Notes under the pieces: generated by a model | Told to the model about the DNA's origin: nothing | Seen by the model: only the letters and a program-made list of their open reading frames with translations | Database searches by the model: none | Shown here: one piece after another, positions 56,864 to 64,000 of the stretch | Layout: each line of letters begins with the position of its first letter | Position numbering within the stretch: position 1 is the stretch's first letter | Program-made: the position numbers and the translations under genes | From: a virus | Taxonomy: Duplodnaviria > Caudoviricetes | IMG/VR virus record: IMGVR_UViG_3300010885_080481 | Direction: 5' to 3' (one strand) | DNA length: 64,000 nucleotides

Positions 56864-57843
56864 GCTCAGATCGACCCATCTTGATAGTGGATGGTGCAAA
56901 TCTTTTTATTAGAAGCTGGTCAGCCTTTCCATCTATGTCTTCTCATGGATATCAGATGGGAGGCTGTGTTGGCTTTTTGAAAACTTTGAAGAGAATTGTT
57001 ACAGAAATTCAACCAAAGTTCGTGGTGGTTGCCTGGGAAGGTGGAGGATCTTCTCGACGTAGAAGCATATATCCTGATTACAAGTTAGGCCGCCGTCCGG
57101 AAAAGTTGAATAGATTTTATGGGGATGACATTCCTGAATCTGAAGAAAACAGAAAGCATCAGATGCTTTCTCTTCTTGACATGTTAAAATCAGTTCCAGT
57201 ATGTCAAGTTTACGTGCCTGACTGCGAAGGTGATGACATCATCGCTTTTTTGTGCAAAGGATATTTTAGGCAGGCTGAAAAAATCATAGTTTCATCCGAT
57301 AAAGACATGTATCAGCTTTTAAATGAAAAGACAAAGATCTATTCTTTACACAAGAAGTTGGTTTTGTCAAAAGATGACATATTCGATGAGTTTAGGATTA
57401 AAACCCATAATTTCGCCATGGCAAAATCAATCTGCGGAGACCCTGGAGATAACATCCCAGGTATAAAAGGATTGGGATTTAAAACTGTATCAAAAAAGAT
57501 ACCGTTCTTAGGAGGAGACTCCGAGGTCTTGATTGATGAAGTCATCTCTTTTTGTCACTCTAGAATGCCTGAATCGTCTATTTACAAACGGATTGTAGAG
57601 AATGAGAGTGTGATTCGTAGGAACTGGAAATTGATCTATCTTGACGGCAGCATGTTGTCTGCCACACAGATTTCTAAGGTGCAACATGTTATAGATACAT
57701 TTGCACCACACACGAATAGGATTGCTTTAATCAAGTCGCTCGTCAAAGAAGGCATAGGCGATTTTAACGTAGAAGATTTTTTTTACGCCTTTAGGTGTAT
57801 CGATCATGCTCCTTATGCTGGCGGAGAACAAAATGCAGGATAA
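56860..57843 (+). CDS. 5'-3' exonuclease/flap endonuclease (T4 RNase H / Pol I N-terminal-like)
   Basis: LIVDGANLF, YPDYK.GR, EGDDIIA, SSDKDMYQL, CGDPGDNIPGIKGLG.KT. Confidence 0.92.
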   Translation: MSSDRPILIVDGANLFIRSWSAFPSMSSHGYQMGGCVGFLKTLKRIVTEIQPKFVVVAWEGGGSSRRRSIYPDYKLGRRPEKLNRFYGDDIPESEENRKHQMLSLLDMLKSVPVCQVYVPDCEGDDIIAFLCKGYFRQAEKIIVSSDKDMYQLLNEKTKIYSLHKKLVLSKDDIFDEFRIKTHNFAMAKSICGDPGDNIPGIKGLGFKTVSKKIPFLGGDSEVLIDEVISFCHSRMPESSIYKRIVENESVIRRNWKLIYLDGSMLSATQISKVQHVIDTFAPHTNRIALIKSLVKEGIGDFNVEDFFYAFRCIDHAPYAGGEQNAG

Positions 57844-59275
57844 CGAAAATAAAACTGGTTCTAAGTTAACTTTTGGTTCGTATGGTAAATCTTTTCAAGA
57901 GAAAATCATGCAAGCTCTCTTGACAGATTCAAAGTTTGCAGAACAGATGATGGAAGTGTTCGATACATCTTACTTTGAATTGAAGTATCTACAGTTTCTA
58001 GCGGATCGATACTTCTCTTACTCTAAAAAATACAAGGTATTTCCAACGTTACAACTTCTTGTGACGATTATACGGGAAGACCTAAAAGTAGGTACGGATG
58101 TGATTCTTCGAGATCAAATCATTGAATACCTGCAGCGCATGAAAGCGAATCCAGATCCTGGCGATTTGCAATTTGTTCGTGAAAAGTCTCTTGACTTTTG
58201 CAGAAAGCAAGCTCTCAAGGCCGCCCTTGAAAATGCCGTTGATCAAATGGCGGCAGACAAATATGAATCTATCGTTGAATCGATAAAGAAAGCTGTTCAA
58301 GTTGGAACAGCACCATCTGTCGGTCACGACTTCTTTAATGAAATGGATGCAAGGTTCACTCGTCTAAAACGTGACACAATCCCGACAGGTGTTCCTGAAC
58401 TTGATAAGAAAGAAATTCTACAAGGTGGTTCTGGTAAAGGTGAACTACTTTGCGTTGTCGGCGGTAGCGGATCTGGTAAGTCTCACTGGCTTACGATGAT
58501 TGGTGCAAATGCTCTAAAGGCAGGTAAGAATGTTCTTCATTATACCTTCGAGCTATCTGAAACAGCTGTCGGTATTCGCTACGATTCTAACCTCTGCGAC
58601 ATGGATTCCAATGAAGTCATGGATCACAAGGATGAGATCATTGAAAAATACAAAGGTATGACTCTCGGCCGACTCTACATTAAAGAATATCCCACAAACA
58701 CGGCATCCATTTTTACAATTCGTTCTCACATCGAACGGCTTGATCTAAAAGGATTCAAACCGGACATCATTATCATCGACTACGCGGATATCATGAGGTC
58801 AACGCGACAATTTGATTCGCTTCGACACGAATTGAAATTAGTCTATGAAGAGCTTCGAGGCCTTGCTATGGAAATTGGCGTTCCTATCTGGACAGCATCT
58901 CAGTCTAACAAAGAAGGTGCCAATAGCGAGATCATTGATATGACAAATATGTCAGAGGCCTATGGAAAGGCAATGATCTGCGACTTCATCATCTCTGTCT
59001 CTAGAAGAGCGCATGAGAAGGCTTCAGGGTGGGGTAGACTCTTCGTCGCAAAGAATCGAGCAGGTAGAGATGGATTAGTTTTCCCTGCTAAGATAAATAC
59101 TGCACAAAGCAAGTTTGAGATCACTGGCGCCGCTGATGCGCCGAATGAGGTTGCAGCAACGGATGAAGCAGAACAGAAAAAAGCGCTTAGGGCAAAGTGG
59201 AAAGAACTAAAGAATGAATTCAGCTCAAGCTCATCAAATAAAAGCTCTTCTTCATTTGAAACTGTAACAACTTAA
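57833..59275 (+). CDS. Replicative helicase (DnaB / T4 gp41-like, SF4)
   Basis: Start at 57833 (GGAG SD). TG...LD, Walker A GGSGSGKS, YTFELSE, IIIDYADIM, IWTASQ, KNRAG.DG. Confidence 0.92.
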   Translation: MQDNENKTGSKLTFGSYGKSFQEKIMQALLTDSKFAEQMMEVFDTSYFELKYLQFLADRYFSYSKKYKVFPTLQLLVTIIREDLKVGTDVILRDQIIEYLQRMKANPDPGDLQFVREKSLDFCRKQALKAALENAVDQMAADKYESIVESIKKAVQVGTAPSVGHDFFNEMDARFTRLKRDTIPTGVPELDKKEILQGGSGKGELLCVVGGSGSGKSHWLTMIGANALKAGKNVLHYTFELSETAVGIRYDSNLCDMDSNEVMDHKDEIIEKYKGMTLGRLYIKEYPTNTASIFTIRSHIERLDLKGFKPDIIIIDYADIMRSTRQFDSLRHELKLVYEELRGLAMEIGVPIWTASQSNKEGANSEIIDMTNMSEAYGKAMICDFIISVSRRAHEKASGWGRLFVAKNRAGRDGLVFPAKINTAQSKFEITGAADAPNEVAATDEAEQKKALRAKWKELKNEFSSSSSNKSSSSFETVTT

Positions 59276-59287
59276 AAAATTTGAAGT

Positions 59288-59295
59288 ATAGTTAT
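59288..59295 (+). promoter_or_regulatory. ATANTTAT promoter-like motif (ATAGTTAT)
   Basis: 28 nt upstream of the RNR ATG at 59324. Confidence 0.45.
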
Positions 59296-59323
59296 GCACC
59301 TAAATTATGAGTGGAGACAAACA

Positions 59324-61909
59324 ATGACTTACACGTATAACGAGGCTTACGAGGCATCTTTAGCATATTTTAAAGGCGACGAGCTCGCAGCTTCTGTCTT
59401 TGTATCAAAGTATGCGCTACGTGATTCCGAAGGTAATATCTTGGAAAAAACTCCGACGGACATGCATTTACGTCTCACTCGAGAGTTTGCTAGGATTGAA
59501 TCCAAGTATCTTAATCCTTTATCAGACAAGGAAATTTTTTGCCTCCTTGCTGACGTGGATCATCTCGATGTCACAAAAAAGTCAACAATGACTTTGGAAC
59601 AGCTAGCTGCAGAATCCCGTGGCATGGGTGCAGTTGTTCCTCAAGGTTCTCCCATGTCAGCGATGGGTAATCCATATAAACTGCAATCCTTGTCCAATTG
59701 CTTCGTCATTGCCTCGCCGCAGGATTCATACGGTGGCATCCTCTTCACAGACCAGGAACAGGCACAGATCATGAAGCGCCGAGGCGGAGTTGGTTTCGAC
59801 GTTTCAACTATTCGTCCAAAAGGTCTTGCTACGGCCAATGCTGCGGGGACGACAGACGGCATTGGCGTCTTCATGGAAAGATTCTCTAATACTTGTCGTG
59901 AGGTTGCTCAAGGAGGTCGGCGCGGCGCACTGATGCTCACTATATCAGTGATGCATCCAGAGGTGGAAACTTTCATCAATATCAAACGAGATCTTAAGAA
60001 GGTCACAGGAGCAAACATCTCCATCCGCCTCACTGATGAGTTCATGAACGCCGTGAAGGATGATACGAACTTCACACTTCGATGGCCAGTCGAGTCTACG
60101 GTTGAAAACGCTAAGGTCACGAAGGTTGTTAAGGCTCGCGAACTATGGAATCAGGTCATTGACGCAGCTTGGACGTCAGCAGAACCAGGTCTTCTCTTCT
60201 GGGACACGGTCAAGAAGATGACTCCTACTGAGGCATATGCTTCAAAAGGTTACGCTAACGTTTCAACAAATCCATGTGCGGAACTCATCCTCAGTCCGTA
60301 CGATTCCTGCCGTCTTCTTTTGATCAATCTCACAAAATTTGTCAAGGATGCTTACCTTCCCACTGCTTCTTTTGATTTTGAGAAGTTCAAGAAGGTTTCA
60401 GCGAAGGCACAAAAGTTAATGGACGATCTCGTTGACCTTGAGATTGAGGCCGTTGACGCAATCTTAAGAAAGATTGAGGCTGATCCTGAGAGTGAAGAGG
60501 TCAAGCAACATGAGGTCAATCTCTGGCAAAAAATTAAAAAGGCGGCCTCAGGCGCCCGTCGCACAGGCTTAGGTATCACTGGTATTGGCGATGCTCTGGC
60601 TTCTGTTGGCGTGACTTATGGATCTGAGGATTCAGTCAACAAAACAGAAGATATCTATAAAACGTTAGCTCTTTCTGCTTACAGATCATCTGTCGATATG
60701 GCAAGAGATAGAGGTTCGTTCCCTGTTTACGAATGGGAACTAGAGAATCAAAGTCCATTTTTGAAACAAATGATGCAAGCCGATGAATCATTATTTGCAG
60801 ACTGGAAAAAGTATGGTCGTCGTAATATTGCGTTAACGACCACCGCACCTGCAGGTTCCGTATCATGCCTCACGCAGACAACAAGCGGTATTGAGCCTGC
60901 TTACCTCCTCTCTTATACACGCCGCAAGAAGATCAATCCTAATGATACTGCTTCACGAGTTGACTTTATAGATCAGCTAGGCGATAAGTGGCAAGAGTAT
61001 AAGGTCTATCACCACGGCTTCAAGAAGTGGATGGACGTCACTGGCAAAACTGATGAACAGATTACTGAGTCTGCTTATTGGAAGGCCACAAGCAATGATG
61101 TTGATTGGCCTATGTCAGTCAAACTTCAGGCTGCTGCGCAAAGATGGATCTGCCACGCTATCTCTAAGACGTGTAATCTTCCTAACGACGTAACCCATGA
61201 AGTTGTTGCCGAAGTATACATGAAGGCTTGGGAAGCAGGTTGCAAAGGTTTTACTGTCTATCGAGACGGTTGCAGAACAGGCGTCCTTGTCCAGGATACT
61301 CCTAAAGAAACCAAACAGGTAGATTCCGATAGCCAACCAGAAACATTAGTAGAAAACCACGCACCAAAGAGACCGAAGGAATTACCATGTGATATTCATA
61401 GAATTAATGTAAAAGGTTCTGAAGGTCAGGAATCATATTTGGTTTTGGTTGGCAGCCTTGATGGAAAGCCTTATGAGATCTTCTGCGGTCGCTCATCTCA
61501 TGTTGAGGTACCAAAGAAAGCAAAAACTGGAATTCTAATCAAGAATGGCAAGAAAGACGGCGTAGCCACTTACAATCTTCAAATACCCGTAGGCGATGAT
61601 GATCAACTTTTGTTTAAAGACATTGTTGAGCTCTTTGCTAATCCAAATCACGGTGCATTCACTCGTACCTTATCATTGGGATTACGCCACGGAGTACCTG
61701 TACAATACATTGTTGAACAGTTGCAAAAAGACAAATACAGCGATATGCAATCTTTCTCTAGAGTTCTTGCACGAGTTTTGAAGAGCTACATACCTGATGG
61801 CGTCAAGGCTACTTCTTCTGATAAGACCTGCACACAATGCTCGTCTGATGCTCTAGTGTATAAAGAAGGGTGCGTTACATGTTCATCCTGCGGATGGAGC
61901 AAATGTTGA
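59324..61909 (+). CDS. nrdJ: Class II (adenosylcobalamin-dependent) ribonucleotide reductase
   Basis: SNCFV, GGVG.D.S.IRPKG, GRRGALM, TNPCAEL, RRTGLG..G, TTTAPAGSVS, Q....HAISKT.N, KGFTVYRDGCR; C-terminal RPKEL (TSCPD-like) domain and CxxC-CxxC; no beta subunit gene adjacent. Confidence 0.9.
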   Translation: MTYTYNEAYEASLAYFKGDELAASVFVSKYALRDSEGNILEKTPTDMHLRLTREFARIESKYLNPLSDKEIFCLLADVDHLDVTKKSTMTLEQLAAESRGMGAVVPQGSPMSAMGNPYKLQSLSNCFVIASPQDSYGGILFTDQEQAQIMKRRGGVGFDVSTIRPKGLATANAAGTTDGIGVFMERFSNTCREVAQGGRRGALMLTISVMHPEVETFINIKRDLKKVTGANISIRLTDEFMNAVKDDTNFTLRWPVESTVENAKVTKVVKARELWNQVIDAAWTSAEPGLLFWDTVKKMTPTEAYASKGYANVSTNPCAELILSPYDSCRLLLINLTKFVKDAYLPTASFDFEKFKKVSAKAQKLMDDLVDLEIEAVDAILRKIEADPESEEVKQHEVNLWQKIKKAASGARRTGLGITGIGDALASVGVTYGSEDSVNKTEDIYKTLALSAYRSSVDMARDRGSFPVYEWELENQSPFLKQMMQADESLFADWKKYGRRNIALTTTAPAGSVSCLTQTTSGIEPAYLLSYTRRKKINPNDTASRVDFIDQLGDKWQEYKVYHHGFKKWMDVTGKTDEQITESAYWKATSNDVDWPMSVKLQAAAQRWICHAISKTCNLPNDVTHEVVAEVYMKAWEAGCKGFTVYRDGCRTGVLVQDTPKETKQVDSDSQPETLVENHAPKRPKELPCDIHRINVKGSEGQESYLVLVGSLDGKPYEIFCGRSSHVEVPKKAKTGILIKNGKKDGVATYNLQIPVGDDDQLLFKDIVELFANPNHGAFTRTLSLGLRHGVPVQYIVEQLQKDKYSDMQSFSRVLARVLKSYIPDGVKATSSDKTCTQCSSDALVYKEGCVTCSSCGWSKC

Positions 61910-61918
61910 GGAACATCT

Positions 61919-62182
61919 ATGAAATTTAATCTTAAAGATATAAGGAAAATGGTCAAAGAAGAATATTCTAGGGCTATTCCTGAGTTTATTGTTAAACAAG
62001 CCGTAGAATCTTGTGTCGAAGACTTAAAACGTGTAATGGTCAACCACATTAATTCAAAATCTAACTCTCAGCAGAGCAGACAGAAGATGATAGTAAGAAT
62101 GAACCTGAACCTTGAAGAGTTGGAAAAGGAATTAAAGAATATTGTTGACGAGAAAATTTCAAAGTTTTTATCAGAGATTTAA
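61919..62182 (+). CDS. Hypothetical protein
   Basis: 87-aa helical ORF, GAGGAA SD. Confidence 0.65.
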   Translation: MKFNLKDIRKMVKEEYSRAIPEFIVKQAVESCVEDLKRVMVNHINSKSNSQQSRQKMIVRMNLNLEELEKELKNIVDEKISKFLSEI

Positions 62183-62183
62183 T

Positions 62184-62843
62184 ATGTCATCCAACGATAA
62201 CAAAGTAGAACTGATCGGATATTATGGGTCAGACGAATCTCATGCACTTTCTGCATGGACTTCAACATCTCGTGAGTTAAACGAAGAAAAGAAAAATAGA
62301 ATACCTCAACTTCTTAAGATGCTTGCCGAGAACGAACATCATTCTGTCTTTGAGAAATCAAGTTTACATTTTCTAGTCACGTCCGACGTAGCATCTCACG
62401 TCCATCTTCTCAAACATCGCATTGGCGTTTCTATAAATGCCGAATCAGCCAGATATAAAGAATTGAAAGATGACAAGTATCACGTTCCGGTTGATTGGGA
62501 TGGTGAAGAAGTGGCTGCTTACACCGAACATATGGAGTCTTCTCTACAAAAATACCATGAAACTCTTGAAAGGCTAGTGAAAAAAGGCATGCCCAGAAAG
62601 CGTGCCAAAGAGTCTGCTAGGTTGTACCTTCCTTATGGAAATCAAATTACTGCAGATGTGATGTTCAACTTCAGAAGCTTTTATCACTTTCTTTATCTTC
62701 GATATTCTGAGCATGCTCAATTAGAGATAAGAAACATAGCTAGACAGATGTTAGAGCTAGTTGTAGAAACTAAAGCATTCCCAGCAACTCTTGAGGCGTT
62801 TGGTCTCACAGTCAATGGCGAGATTAGAGGACCATTTACATGA
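62184..62843 (+). CDS. thyX: Flavin-dependent thymidylate synthase
   Basis: H.SVFE, HLLKHR...S.NAESARY, ARL.LP, N.RSF.HFL.LR....AQLEIR; ATG at 62184. Confidence 0.93.
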   Translation: MSSNDNKVELIGYYGSDESHALSAWTSTSRELNEEKKNRIPQLLKMLAENEHHSVFEKSSLHFLVTSDVASHVHLLKHRIGVSINAESARYKELKDDKYHVPVDWDGEEVAAYTEHMESSLQKYHETLERLVKKGMPRKRAKESARLYLPYGNQITADVMFNFRSFYHFLYLRYSEHAQLEIRNIARQMLELVVETKAFPATLEAFGLTVNGEIRGPFT

Positions 62844-63382
62844 GTAAAAATGCTAATTTACCATTTCATTTTTACGTAAATGTAAATAATGAGTTCTTAG
62901 GTCCACAAATGCCTCGAGGGTCGACTAAGGGTATATGGCACGCTGTTTATAGCAAAGAGTATCAAACTTTATTGTGCCACGTTTTCCTCGAATCGGGAGC
63001 TCACTGGAGTGGTCTTCCTCTCCATGCAATGTCGACTAAAGAAGATTGGTCATTGACAGGGGAACAATTGATGCCATGGACTTCCATGGGAGATCACATA
63101 GAAACATTTTATGCAAAGTATATGGAAGGACTTGAATGTGAAGTTTTCAATCCATTTACGATGAACGGAAGACACACAGGATTAATTGTAGATTGGGAAG
63201 ACGGATACTCTAGATATCCGTCTGAACATAAGCCTCTAAATTTGGTAGAATTGCGAAATGGGCAGTTTGCTTTGCTTCCAAATAATTTTTTGTTGTTTAA
63301 AGACAAACACTTTACTGAAAGTTTAGCAAAAGAAAATTTAAAATTTTATCGCCGTGGTGAAACAACATATTGGGAAAAGTGA
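62840..63382 (+). CDS. Hypothetical protein
   Basis: 180 aa, ATGA-coupled to thyX; motifs FLESGAHWSGLP and EHK....EL.NGQFALLPNN; function not recognised. Confidence 0.7.
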   Translation: MSKNANLPFHFYVNVNNEFLGPQMPRGSTKGIWHAVYSKEYQTLLCHVFLESGAHWSGLPLHAMSTKEDWSLTGEQLMPWTSMGDHIETFYAKYMEGLECEVFNPFTMNGRHTGLIVDWEDGYSRYPSEHKPLNLVELRNGQFALLPNNFLLFKDKHFTESLAKENLKFYRRGETTYWEK

Positions 63383-63963
63383 TGTCTAAAGTAATAGTGA
63401 TTGAAGGTCCTGATCGAGTTGGTAAAGCAACTCAAACAAATTTTCTTTCTAATTTTCTTTCCTGGAGAGGATATAACGTTTTGACAATCGAAGTTCCTAT
63501 TCGATCAAATTTCGTTTATCATATCATCTATTGGATGCTCCGGAACGGACTGGCAAAAAAACTTCCAAAATGTTTTCAGTGGTTACAATACTTCAATAGA
63601 CAACTATTCCAGTGGTTCACATTAAGAAGATTGGAAAAGAAGTATGATTATATCATTATGGATAGATGGAGTCTATCGACAGTGGTATACGGCCAAGCAA
63701 CGGGAGTGCCTTCATCATTCACTGAAAAATTGTATGCTAGATTGAGAAAACCAGAATTTACTTTTTTACTCTTGGGACCAGCTCACAAACATTCTGCCGA
63801 AGATGTATATGAATCCGACACGGCACTACAAGAAAATGTCAGAAGAATTTATTTAGAGTGGTCAAAAGAACATCTTCAAATGTGCAAGGTAATTGATTGT
63901 ACTCAGCCTAGAGAAGTTATTGCAGAAGAAATTAGAACCAAATTAAATGAATTAAATCTTTGA
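63382..63963 (+). CDS. tmk: Thymidylate kinase
   Basis: P-loop IEGPDRVGKATQ, MDRWSLS..VYG; TGATG overlap at 63380-63384. Confidence 0.9.
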   Translation: MSKVIVIEGPDRVGKATQTNFLSNFLSWRGYNVLTIEVPIRSNFVYHIIYWMLRNGLAKKLPKCFQWLQYFNRQLFQWFTLRRLEKKYDYIIMDRWSLSTVVYGQATGVPSSFTEKLYARLRKPEFTFLLLGPAHKHSAEDVYESDTALQENVRRIYLEWSKEHLQMCKVIDCTQPREVIAEEIRTKLNELNL

Positions 63964-64000
63964 CAACAATGTACTTTTAAAAAAGACGATTTAAGTTCTT

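Noticed and set aside
59276-59323. Cobalamin riboswitch or NrdR box before nrdJ
   Set aside because: The gap is under 50 nt, and CACCTAAATTATGAGTG does not fit the NrdR consensus.
55243-61909. Inteins or introns in recA, helicase or RNR
   Set aside because: Lengths and motif spacing are normal; no intein splice-junction or homing-endonuclease motifs seen.

Overview
A 64 kb piece of a large dsDNA tailed bacteriophage with a contractile tail (myovirus-like Caudoviricetes), densely coding and almost all on the + strand. Order: (1) 1-10340, large baseplate/virion proteins, one with a LamG-like domain; (2) 10260-12404, a five-gene minus-strand insert (two hypotheticals, PTH2-like, NADAR, GH73-like cell-wall hydrolase); (3) 12577-21987, a mostly GC-rich block of paralogous fibre genes (two collagen-like, one YadA-head-like, one beta-helix) flanking a GT2-methyltransferase-GT2-TPR fusion; (4) an M15 endolysin; (5) neck and tail-completion genes, THREE tandem ~1000-aa sheath paralogues, tail tube, assembly chaperone with a likely +1 frameshift, tape measure and baseplate hub genes; (6) 51703-63963, replication and nucleotide metabolism (minimal family A polymerase, HD hydrolase, gp32-like SSB, RecA/UvsX, dUTPase, 5'-3' exonuclease, DnaB-like helicase, class II RNR, ThyX, Tmk). 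The best candidate for a new system is phage-encoded glycosylation (and methylation) of Thr-rich collagen virion fibres. Also notable: the triplicated sheath, a ~207-nt structured RNA upstream of the SSB, and a strand-matched ATANTTAT promoter-like motif. All calls come from motif recognition by eye; no searches were run. I saw no tRNA, rRNA, CRISPR array, integrase or transposase.
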